From the NCBI RefSeq assembly GCF_036588685.1, contig NC_086373.1, positions 90,520,001 through 90,584,000 on the forward strand: a stretch of 64,000 nt of DNA, written 5' to 3'. A program made the translations under genes and the position numbers. Source of the DNA: Mytilus trossulus (lineage: Eukaryota). The notes beneath the pieces are model-generated. The model made no database searches and was not told where the DNA came from. It saw only the letters and a program-made list of their open reading frames with translations. Positions 52,780 through 64,000 of the stretch are shown here, one piece after another. How positions within the stretch are numbered: the first letter of the stretch is position 1; every line of letters starts with the position of its first letter.

Positions 52780-53000
52780 GCAACACGACGGGTGTCGCAT
52801 GTGGAGCAGGATCTGCTTACCCTTCCGGAGCACCTGAGATCACCCCTAGTTTTTGGTGTGATTCGTGTTGTTTATTCTTTAGTTCTCTATGTTGTGTCAT
52901 GTGTAATATTGTTTGTCTTTTTCAGTTTTAGCCATGGCGTTGTCAGTTTGTTTTAGATTTATAAGTTTGACTGTCCCTTTGGTATTTTTCGTCCCTCTTT
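52780..53000 (+). mobile_element. Penelope-like element 3' terminal segment
   Basis: Near-identical to 57742-57957. Confidence 0.75.
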
Positions 53001-55297
53001 TATGACATCAGACTCGGACTTCTCATGAACTGAATTTTAATGAATTTTAATGTGCGTATTGTTATGCGTTTACTTTTCTGCATTGGCTAGAGGTATAGGG
53101 GGAGGGTTGAGATCTCATAAACTTGTTTAACCCCGCGTCTGTCCCAACTCAGGAGCCTTTGGTCTTTGTAAGTCTTGTATTATTTTTAATTTTAGTTTCT
53201 TGTGTACAATTTGGAGTTTAATATGGCGTTCATTATCACTTAAGTAGTATATATATTTGTTTAGTGGCCAGCCGAAGGACTCCTCCGGGTGCGGGAATTT
53301 CTCGCTGCATTGAAGACCTGTTGGTGACCTTCTGCTATTGTCTGCTCTATGGTCGGGTTGTCTCTTTTTCTCTTTCAATTTTATTTCAGGGGATGTGTTT
53401 CGCGCGCGAAAATTAACATTCGTCTTCATGCAGACTGCCTTTAAATTTATGAGGGACAGTTTTGAAATAAACACCACACAAGCTGTACCGGTCACCATTT
53501 ACAATTAGTTGACAGTAAAGATGCGTCTCTCTCAAATAACAAGAGACATGTACCGCGATATTAGATCTTTATACCAGAATAGACGTCTGATGCTTCCGAT
53601 TGTTTTCCATCACCTGTTGTTATATTTTGCCCGAAAATATTGTGTTAAGATGGTAATGCAAGATACCCTTTCCCTGTCGATAAAGCCGTTCTTGAGTTGT
53701 TTCGTTTTTAGTTGTTTTGTTTCTTCGTCATATTGTATATTCTAAATAGATTTGCGAGGTTTGAACATAGGTATAATCTTCTGTTGCCTCTCATCAAACA
53801 TTGTCATAGTGTACGTCCGTTTCGGTTAAACATAATATAGAATTTGGAGCTCCTTGAAAGATACTATAGTACGTAACATTATTTTAATGTAAGAATAGAT
53901 TTGATCCCTGGTTTAGACAAACTTTACATGGGATATGAATCTTTCAAATATTGCGTCAGGTTATAATCATATATACGTTATGAAGACAATGTCGTATTAT
54001 TTGATAGTTTAAAAGTAAATATGATGATAAATTCATTGAATATGAAACTACAGGAGAAGGCATATTTTAGGACTTGTCACAATAAATAGTCTTATCAGTT
54101 CTTTTATTAATAAAAAAAATAATCATAAAATATAACAATGGAAATATAAAAAATGCACTTTGTACAAGACTAGTGTGTGATTCATTAACAAAACACATAT
54201 AAAATGTATGCAGTCAAGTGAGTTATGCCAGTTAAATAATATTTAAAAAAAATATACAAATGTCCTGTTTAAAATAATAAGTATATGCCAGTTATAGGTA
54301 TAATGCACTTTACAAAAATCTCGACTCACAAACTCCTCGAAAACTCAATTACACACGCACTGCTATAGACGTGTTCTGCATTCCCTGAACATTTTGTTGT
54401 CAATCGTTATCTGGTATAACGCCGATTTATAAATGAATTAATATATATTAGAACATTTGCCGTGTTACTTGTAGCCATTTTACTAATGCAAACACACTCA
54501 TCCATACGGTACAGACATACAGAATAATAAAACAACAGAATAGAAACATTGCAAAGTATAACTGTATAGAACTCCAAAAACATCATCAACTAAATTAAAA
54601 TAAAGTTGTAGGGCCAACTTCCCGTATGTCACACCACTGACCATTTATTAAAAGACTTAAATATTTTCTTATATTACATATGTGTATTATGCAAGGCTTA
54701 TGTCAGTTATTTTTCGCTCATGCGACCAAATCTTGTATGTCCAAGATGACAAAAAACTGCAATTTTTAATACATTTTTTTTGCAATTTTTTAGGTTATCT
54801 TAAAATGAACGAGCCATAGAAAAAATACTGAAGGAAGTAAAAGTAAAGCATGACGTATCATTGGTATACAAATTAAATCATTTTGGATACAGACATCGAA
54901 ATCATTTTCATCCTATCACTGGCTATCGGTAAGACAGGGAAAAAAAATTATATCTGATTTTAAACAAAAATAATTAATACTATAAACTATATGAGAAGCA
55001 TAAATTATATTAAAACAGTGTGTAAAATTGACAGACTCTCACATTTCTCAGATCTTTTTCTTACATAAAACAAGTTCACACCGATAAGGAATGGTTAAAA
55101 GAAGTCTGACTAAAATATCACCCATCATCCAATTGCAGCCTACAACCATAATCGGATGGCGGGGACTGGCTTTAGTCGGACTGGTTTAAAAGCACCGTTT
55201 AACAAAAAGATATTTGCATTGATATTAACCCTCCGTACATATTCCTGGCATTCGGAATATTATATACTTGGTCACGAAAGAGTGCATGATTTGATCA

Positions 55298-55698
55298 TTA
55301 TTTCTTTGGATGTGGATCATTGACATCATAAGGAGGTGGTGACTCATGGTACCCTGGTGGTGGTTCATGATATCCTGGTGGTGGCTCATGATATCCCGGA
55401 TGTGGATATCCCGAGTTGTCTTCCGCCGGAGGTGCAGAAGGAGCAATAGGTGATTGATTAGATTGTCCTTGTGGATACCCTGTATGTCCTCCTGAAAAGT
55501 ATCCGGGTCCTGGGCCAGTCTGTCCAGGATATTGACCCCCTTGTGGATAATATCCTTGACTTGGACCAGGCTGTCCACCGTATGGTCCTCCAGGCGGTGA
55601 ACTCCACTGACCAAGATTGGGATTTGCACCAGGTTGACTGGTCACTACGGTATTTGGTTGTGCATCATCAAATGGTTTATTATCATGATAGTATTCCT
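55298..55698 (-). CDS. SPEC3/Stum-family gene B, coding exon 3 (P/G/Q/Y-rich tail)
   Basis: TTTTTTAG acceptor, phase 1; KEYYHDNK..VVTSQPG..YPQGG..PSAPP..HEPPPGYHEPPPGYHESPPPY..KK*. Confidence 0.85.
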
Positions 55699-56127
55699 CT
55701 AAAAAATGTACAAACAAATATATATAACGTCTTACCTGACCTTGCATAGTTTAAATTACATCGCTCAATATGGTAAGTTTACAACCGCCAGGGTCCACTT
55801 GCGTAATGAATAACAATTTTAGTTTTAAAAGTGTGCCTATTAAGTACTACAAACTGTAAAATAAGATTTTTGCAGTCAGCACTATTGGCTGTTTTGATTT
55901 TATTTTGTTAGTCTATGACATTTAGGATGAGATATAGAACATGTTTTAAATTACATGCAACATATTTAGTTAATTTTAATTGACTACTTGTATGTACAGT
56001 ACTTCAATATTGATCGATCGCCATCTTTATTACCGACAATTGGTGTTAATTGTAAGAACTCGTGATCCTACATCCTGTTTATATTTTTGCATTGCACAAG
56101 CCGTTGATGACGTCTTTTTACCCTCAC

Positions 56128-56346
56128 TATATATATATATATATATATACAACTCGTCTAAACATCAACCCAACAATGTTAGATCTGTTTAATTTACAGA
56201 TCTAACATTGTTGGGTTGATGTTTAGACGAGTTGTATATACATTATGTACACAGCCATGTATCACCATCATTGATGGCGATCCGATGGATACATCTGTTG
56301 TAGAGTTGTCACTGACTCAGACGTACTTATATATATACATATATAT
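56128..56346. mobile_element. Hairpin element inserted in a TA microsatellite
   Basis: ~44-bp arms TATATACAACTCGTCTAAACATCAACCCAACAATGTTAGATCTGT at 56144-56240; (TA)n at both ends. Confidence 0.75.
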
Positions 56347-56571
56347 AAAATCCGTTGGATGTGCAATGATTGATTCGTTAATATGGGAGAACATCGTTTA
56401 TTCATTAGTTGAAATTGGATTTTGAACTAGTTTTCAGTACTCTTATTTCTGTGCTTTGTATCTATTGTGTTTATGTTAGTACAGTAGTTGTATCAATAAT
56501 ACTACACACTATGAATATCATTAAGGTTATTCTATGATATTACGAAACAAAGAAACTACATTTATACTCAC

Positions 56572-56757
56572 TTGACATTCCAATGAAAGAAACTCCCCAA
56601 AAACAACTCCATACCCATCCAACAAAAAGTACTGGTGCGAGTATAATTTGTAAAAGTCCAAACAAAACACTTAGAAAGGAACTACAGAACTTGTCACAAC
56701 ACGTCATATCTTCATTTCTAGCACAACAACACACACAAAAACCAGCTATAATTGTAC
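56572..56757 (-). CDS. SPEC3/Stum-family gene B, coding exon 2
   Basis: 186 nt, phase 1-1, same size as in paralog A; GTIIAGFCVCCCARNED..GLLQIILAPVLFVGWVWSCFWG; GTGAGT donor. Confidence 0.9.
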
Positions 56758-57092
56758 CTGAAATTATAAATATTAACTATACTTCAAGGGAGAAAAATGT
56801 AGTTTCTTTCTTAATTATTCTAAACGTTTATTTTGTGAACCTCAAAACCTTTAATAGATACCGTGTAAACGAATTAACAGAGATGTCACTGTGGGATTAT
56901 GTACAGGTCAACTTCAAACACTTGTCTTATACAGTATAACATGGTCAAAATAGTCCCGAGTATAGATATGAATAAATTCCTACTGTGTTATTAAGAATTC
57001 GAGATTTAGAACTAAAATGTGATAGGCACAACGGGACAAGGCTAAATGGCATTATGGGTGATATATATGGTTCTTGCATGTGCATAGGCGAT

Positions 57093-57957
57093 ACTTCAAC
57101 AGACTGTCGGCATCCCAATGGGAACAAATTGTGCCCCTCTTCTTGCAGACTTATTTCTTTATTATTATGAGGCTGACTTCATACAGGAACTTCTAAGGAA
57201 GAAAGATAAGACGTAAGCAATATCCTTTAACTCTACTTTCTGCTATATAGATGATGTTCTTTCACTAAATAATTCAAAATTTGGTGACTATGTTGAACGC
57301 ATTTATCCTATCAAACTAGAGATAAAGGATACTACAGTCAGATACAGTTAAGTCGGCCTCATATCTTGACATACATCTAGAAATTGACAAGAGGGTCAGT
57401 TGAAAACAAAACTTTACGACAAAAGAGATGATTTCAGCTTTCCAATTGTAAACTTTCCATTTCCAAGTAGCAACATTCCAGCAGCACCTGCATACGGTGT
57501 ATATTTCTCCCAATTAATACGATATTCCCGTGCTTGCATTTCCTATCATGATTTTCTTGATAGAGGGTTGCTGCTCACAAGGAAGCTATTAAACCAAGAG
57601 TTTCAGATGGTAAAGTTGAAATCATCCCTTCGTTAATTTTACGGACGCCATCATGAGTTGGTTGACCGTTATGGAATAACCGTTTCACAAATCCCTTTCT
57701 CTTTCATGAATGTGACCTACCGGATTTTTTATAACATAATCAACACGACGGGTGCCACATGTAGAGCAGGATCTGCTTATCCTTCCGGAGCACCTGAGAT
57801 CACCCCTAGTTTTTGGTGGGGTTCGTGTTGCTTATTCTTTAGTTTTCTATGTTGTGTCATGTGTAGTATTGTTTGTCTGTTTGTCTTTTTCATTTTGAGC
57901 CATGACGTTGTCAGTTTATTTTCGATTTTCCCTCTGGTATCTTTCGTCCCTCTTTTC
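57093..57957 (+). mobile_element. 5'-truncated Penelope-like (Naiad-type) RT in intron 1 of SPEC3 gene B
   Basis: QQTVGIPMGTNCAP, YIDD, KLYDKRDDFSFPIVNFPF, APAYGVYFSQLIRY, followed by the conserved 3' tail. Confidence 0.85.
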
Positions 57958-58386
57958 TAACTATGAAAAAATGAACAAAACCGATATGGCATATTGGTGT
58001 GTGGGACAGTAATGATTGTGAGGGTGAAGACTGGGCCTTCTATTTTTTGTCTAAAATCATATTGTGTATACTTATCACTTGTACAAGACACTGTACAAAT
58101 TATAATTTGTACAAACTTATAATTTGTACAAACTTACATATTGTACACAACATATATATTACTATGTTTCTTAATAGGAAAATAAACCATTTCTAGTGTT
58201 TACAAGTGTTTTATTTTCTCAAAATTTCTCGAGGTATTCTTATTCATTTTGGGATTATTCATATTAACCATGTGGAGCATTATAAATAAGAATCAGTATA
58301 CATTGTATTCATACAAGATAACTAACGAGCCTGTACCTCTGTCACTGCATTTTATTGAATGAGGCGAGGATTGAGGTTGCATATAT

Positions 58387-58580
58387 GAGGGGCCTGATGT
58401 TGGGGTGTGGTCTCATCACGATTCACGAGTTGATTTGTTTGTCAAGCACGATTCACAGAAAATTATTTTTTCATGATCACGGATCACGAAAATATATTAA
58501 AAAAAATCTGTAGAAAAAACGGATTACAATAGCCAAAATGCGCCGATCACGAAGAATGGATATAACACATGAGGCCCCTC
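58387..58580. mobile_element. Sola2-like MITE
   Basis: GAGGGGCCT / AGGCCCCTC TIRs; 4-bp TSD ATAT; internal ATCACG repeats. Confidence 0.7.
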
Positions 58581-58761
58581 ATATACCGAACATGAATGAA
58601 GACAAGAACATGACGAGAATTTTTCTTCTACGATAAGTTGTAATATTTTAAACTATCGGCAAACAGGAAGTGGCTGCACAGATTTATTTATAAACCGACA
58701 TAAATTTCTTTATCCAAAGACATTCGTACATTTTATGCCGGACATGACAAGAAACATAAAC

Positions 58762-58803
58762 CAGAGACATATATACACTATATACACAGTATATATGTCT
58801 CTG
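58762..58803. mobile_element. 42-bp micro-MITE
   Basis: CAGAGACATATATAC / GTATATATGTCTCTG with a 7-bp direct repeat CATAAAC on both sides. Confidence 0.65.
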
Positions 58804-58817
58804 CATAAACCAATTAA

Positions 58818-59367
58818 GGTGGCTCGGGACTATTCGACTGCGCATAATTTCACGCATGAATTACAAAAGTATTTGTCGTAAATTCGATATAATTTTTTTT
58901 AATACTTTAATTGATTAGAAATGTTAAATCATTGTAGTTATGTGACTTACAGAATATTTTCGTTATTATCCGTAATTGTAAAAGGTTCAAAAAGACATTT
59001 CACCCATTTTCATCATTTTCCCGCCAAAATTTGGGTTAAAAGGCAAAATATTTTTTTTCCTTATCGGTGACCTGTTTTTTGTTTGCTCATTCTTTGAAGC
59101 TATATTTCAGCTTTTATATTACAGTTTTGTACCAAGTGTCATAGACCGTTTTTTTTATATTCCGATAAAAATATGTCAACCCCTTTATTTTCTCTATTAT
59201 TTCATTGAAAAATGGTTCCTTTTACATACCTGTTAAAATGAAAAATTGTGAGCTTAAATGGTCTGTGACCCCCTGTTTTTTTCGACCAATTTGATTCATT
59301 TTCTGTAAAGAGTGAATAACAAAAATACGGTACTTCTGATAGAAACTTCGAATAGACCCGAGCCACC
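58818..59367. mobile_element. Kolobok-like MITE
   Basis: GGTGGCTCGGGACTATTCGA / TCGAATAGACCCGAGCCACC; TTAA-like flanks. Confidence 0.75.
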
Positions 59368-60325
59368 TTTAAAAGTAATAATTTTTATATTGTATACAAA
59401 TTCACATTTTCGTCTAACATCTATAGACATTTTATAATAAAAACTGAAATATTTTGCGACCAGTAAATAACCAGTAAATAACCAAACAAATTTTATCTCA
59501 TTCATGTCATTTAAAAGATTTGAAAAGTTAAAAAAAACATGTGGCAGAAAATTGGCAAAGATAGGTCTACAGAAACACAAGTTTTCATATTGAAACAAGT
59601 ATTTAATTTTCAGTTGTTTTTTTGTTTGTTCTATGTGTACTGTTTGTTTTCTAAACGTAATAAAAGAAGCAATGCGTCTGAATATTGAATATTCAGCTGC
59701 TTTTTTTATAATGTTACATGTATGTATTATATATATGAAAACCAGCATTCTTTTACTATAATTAAAGCATATTTTGTAAAACAAACAAAATATAGGTATC
59801 AGACAGTATTATAATGCCTTGTTCTATTTTTTTTTATTTTTATTTATACGCAATATATCAGTGCAATATTCTACAATATAGCTCCCCTAGTACTACTGCA
59901 CCAGATAAATTTCTCTGACTAGTACAAGTTCAATGGCCATTTCATATCTATATTTTTTTGGACTAAATCTATAAAAAAAAATTATAGATATGGGTAAAAA
60001 TATTCTGAAATAAATATAGTTTATTTTTTGGGACTATTCATATGAATGACAAAAATGACTACATCTATTTATAAAGTATAGAATAGTGATTACTTTTTAG
60101 TATACTATACGTCATTTGGTCTCTGTTGTCACTTTTAATGTTTAATAATAATATACATTGTACATGTACATGTAACATGTATACCTCAAACTGATGCATG
60201 ATATCTAGTGGATGAATTTCCACATGAAAGATATATGTTCAATTTTACTATAAATGTGCAACGCGTGTTGACACTCACATATACTTAGAAATATGAATCA
60301 GAATGACATAATTTGTATTACTCAC

Positions 60326-60455
60326 CTATACCTGGAACTAGAAAATTTAATATACAACATATTACTGCCAGGGGCATGGGCATTGCCGGGATATATTTCC
60401 TATCTTTCTTGGCCCTGGCCCTGGGCCTACAACCACTACCTTCTCCTAGTCCCAT
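60326..60455 (-). CDS. SPEC3/Stum-family gene B, coding exon 1 (whole protein ~238 aa)
   Basis: MGLGEGSGCRPRARAKKDRKYIPAMPMPLAVICCILNFLVPGI|G with a GTGAGT donor; IPAMPMPLAVICCILN..PG is the SPEC3 N-terminal signature. Confidence 0.9.
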
Positions 60456-60764
60456 TCTCTTTCCTTGTTTTGTTTACTTCGGTTTGTGTATTGAATACAC
60501 TAATACACTAACTTATATGTAAAAATTGATCATGTTTTATATGATCAATATGGTTATTTTTAGTAACAGGAAACTTACACTTGTTTAAAGTTAAAACTAG
60601 CGGGAAATATGAATACCTCGGAAGACTGAAAAATACTTTTTTGAATAAATATAATTTTAGTTTAAAAAAAACAACATAATATCAATATTTTTTTTTTGTC
60701 ATAAGCATAGATACAAAAACCAGGAACATATATATACTGTTCCCAGAAAAAACGGACTCGGAGT

Positions 60765-61845
60765 GTCTATTCGTCGAACGAATAGTTAAAAATCTCTATT
60801 CGTCCGGCCATCCGTTTGCGGATGCGCAAATCTTCAATATCAAAAAAGTGTCATGTGACGCTGAAAGTGTCCCTGATGAGGTGTCGGATAACACACGCGC
60901 GTATGCAATGGACGTTTTGAGAATTGGAGATCGTTACTTATATTTAAAGATGTCATAGAAAAAACCTGAGAGAATGTGATTGCTTTAAACAAAAGTCTAT
61001 AGGAGTGATTCCAGAACAATAGCGTGTACATGTTTACTGTGAGGAATAAGCCTGAAATCGAAGTGAAATTGATGATTTACCCCCATTTACCTTATGGTGG
61101 CAAAACGCATTCGGAAAAAATAGTATATCAAACTTGGTTGAATGAAAAATACTATATCAAACTTGCTTGGATGCATTATATTCAAGTTATACTACAACGG
61201 AGATATATGAACATACTGATATGCCTTGACTGTGAATAAGACACCAGGGTTGGGGTACCCCCCCTTTTTTCCTGTTGTATCTAATACACATTTTTTTCTA
61301 AAACAATCTTATCGAAAACAAAATCCTACTTTTGGGGACAGGTAACACGTGAGTTCCCTTTTCTCTAATTTCCTATGAATTAAAAATCGCCGAACAATTT
61401 AAAAGAAGAATCGTGTATAATCATATGGGGACCTTCCTTTAACCAAACTTCACAGAAACAATAAATTCAGGATCTTTTGGAATCATATATAAAGCCAATA
61501 ATGATTGGCCCGACTATTTACCTTACATAAAATTCATAGGCAGAACTACAAAAGAGAGAATCACCGCCCCCCCCCCCCCCCCCCTTTAGAATATTAGAAT
61601 AAAAATTTCTGAATCAAATGTATAGTTTTTTTTTTTTTTTTATCAGAATGAGTTCTTTTTCATAAAACGATGTTAGACAAAAAAAAATTTAAACAACTCA
61701 TGCTTTATTTAAAACCTTCAAAACACAAAGCTTTATTTTTGGCCGGACAAATAGCGAAAAACCGTAAAAATGCTATTTGTCCGGCTTGCCGGATGAATAG
61801 ACATTTTTGACTATTTGTCCGGCTAGCCGGACGAATAGCCACTGC
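60765..61845. mobile_element. Element bounded by repeated inverted CTATT(C/T)GTCCGGC motifs
   Basis: Motifs at 60766-60809 and palindromic arrays at 61741-61840. Confidence 0.5.
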
Positions 61846-63080
61846 CTACAAAGAAAGCAAGAGATTGAATATTTTTTTATTTTCATTTGAACATGGGCTT
61901 ATTATTTCGCGCGGATTTGTCATGTTTGAACAGAATAGCCCACGCAGCATTTTATTGGGCAGACTTCAATTTCATTTGTGAGTTCTTTAAAGTGGCGTTA
62001 AAATCAACAACAAATGAAATCAAATCATGGTCATGCGTTCTTGGGAAAAGTTATTTTCCTAGTTATTAATAACAGTTAGATACTCACTGAAAGTATTCAT
62101 TTCCATACTCTTTCGTCTCCTTCCCCAGATTATGAAAGTATCGGGTTAGCCTCACGTATCAAGGCATATAATAAGGGAGGGTCGAGATCCCACACCGAAG
62201 TACATAAACTAAGCGAAAATAAACTCAGCCGCATTTTGGGCCTGTCAGGTACCTCTAGCCTTTGTTAGTCTTGTGTGTGTATTTCTTTTTTTAATTTCAG
62301 ACTTAGGTAAGCCGTCCATGATTTCTCTGAAGTAGTATGATACATTATTGTGTGAGGGTCAGTTGAAGCTTACCTCCGTGTGCCCGATTATTTCGCTGCT
62401 TTTAAGACCCATTGGACATGGTGGCCTTGGGCATACAAGTTTCTGCTTTTTCGACTGTGATCGGGTTTTTGTTTTTTTGTCAAATTGACAATTCCCCGTT
62501 CCATTCTTTATTCTATTTACATTTTTTGTTTTAAATAAATTGAAACATACTGGCTGAGCTTGTCAAACTCAGAGAAATTAAATTGCCGTATGCATGGGTT
62601 GTAAAATCTGCAACTAAATAAACAGGCCGGGACATGATATGTTGTCAGTGCTATATTTCCAGGTTGGACTGAGTATGTTAATAAACAAAATGACAAACAT
62701 AAAAACTAGACATTGACCAATTACAATCCAGGATACAATTTTAAAAAAATATTTAAAAAAGTTGTTAAGCAATTATGCTGTTATGCCCTGAGAAATAGCA
62801 ATGAAGTAATCACACCTTTTAAAGCGGCACATAACGTTTGCGCTTTTTTTAATGGACATTTGCGCTGTATGAAAATGGACAAATTGTCAATAGCGGCTTT
62901 AAATATCAATACACCATTTGAGTTAAACTACGGTTAAAAGTTGAAGAGATCATTTAACTTATAAAAGTTTCATTTCAATATATAAAAGAATTGTTTTATC
63001 TGTTAAAAATCATGATGCATTGTCATGCTGTCCATCAAGGGCCCTTGATTGGAATAATAAATATTCTATTCTATTCTCTA

Positions 63081-63220
63081 CATAGGCGGATCCAAGGGAG
63101 TCCCCCTTTGTGTGAAAAATTGGGTTGATCATATAGGAAATCACTAAGTATGACTGGAGCGGCGGCCCCTTACGTCAGTCAGCCCCCTCCCCTTTCCATA
63201 AAGTTCTGGATCCGTCACTG
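63081..63220. mobile_element. Degenerate GGCGGATCC-type MITE
   Basis: CATAGGCGGATCCA ... TGGATCCGTCACTG. Confidence 0.5.
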
Positions 63221-64000
63221 CTCTACTATACAGTTTAAAGACTTCATTTTTCGTCATCGAGCTTGTGCCAGATGAAAATGACAACGCTCCCAAGCGGATA
63301 CACGGAAGAATATTCCTTATAACAACCACAATTCTGTCTAATATACAGCATGAACAGCAAGTGATTTGAAAATAAAATGTCGTTATCAAATGTCGGTCTT
63401 TACAATTGAACCAAACGTACTAGATAAGCCATGATAGTTCAGTTCTCTGTTATATGAATGTTCTTGTGTGTGTTTGTGTTGTATTTCTGTCAAGTGGTGT
63501 TTTGAAGATATTTTAAACCTTGTCATTAAGCGGGAGGTTTGCTAGTCAGTAAACCAGGTTCAACCCATCATTTTTTTTAAAGGTCTTGTACCGAAGAATA
63601 TGGCAGTTATCTATTAGTTCGTTTCCATGTGTGCTGGCATTTTTTTTTTGCACTACGGTGTTCCTGTTTCCTTGGTTTTCCTCTTATAGTTGATGTGTTT
63701 CCTACTGTGATAGTTCTGTGCCATACATTACCATTAACATGTATCTGTTGAAGTAGCTGTGACTAAATTCTCCAATCGTAGGTTTTTATGTATGGCAATC
63801 ACTTTAATTTTGTGTATTGCAATCTAATTATATAGTCACTGTGAATGCGTACAAATTCATCCATTGAACTGAATAATGTACACTTCTTCACCACCATGCA
63901 CAGAAAGGAAAGCTGACAACAGGCAATAAATAGGTGTTCAGTTTATCACAAATTTTATGATTATTAAAGAGAAAAAAATCCAATATGAAAATCTAAGAAA

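Noticed and set aside
60872-60900. Hammerhead ribozyme core CTGATGAG
   Set aside because: No GAAA after the putative stem II and no closing stems; the CTGATGA hits at 10759 and 10972 fail in the same way
63230-63370. Cadherin-like DENDNAP peptide on the plus strand
   Set aside because: Short isolated match with no other cadherin motifs and no clear exon boundaries

Overview
AT-rich animal genomic DNA with spliced genes. The repeat landscape (HINE/Helentron-type elements, Penelope-like RT fragments, TIR MITEs) looks bivalve, most like Mytilus; this is an inference. Reading splice sites by eye recovers five complete CDSs and one terminal exon that the ORF track mostly misses. (1) A 3-exon, ~445-aa gene (32849-39928, +) encodes two tandem DUF442/Blh-like domains, a CxxGxR motif (HCAIGKRA) in the second domain only, and a mitochondrial-presequence-like N-terminus. 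(2) The last exon of a paralog (1411-1580, +) ends instead in KTEL. (3,4) Two 3-exon SPEC3/Stum-family membrane protein genes on the minus strand (13954-26050 and 55298-60455) have PPxY-bearing tails. (5,6) A tandem pair of unrecognised genes (42250-44197 and 48035-50405) carries a duplicated IIITxYEKPWxDRSAI motif and protamine-like RSRS repeats. A near-full-length LINE (RTE-X-like, ~19300-24771) has ORF1 and ORF2 in one frame, separated by a single TAG, with no usable ORF2 AUG, which suggests stop-codon readthrough. The rest is a dense, often nested set of non-autonomous transposons and tandem repeats.
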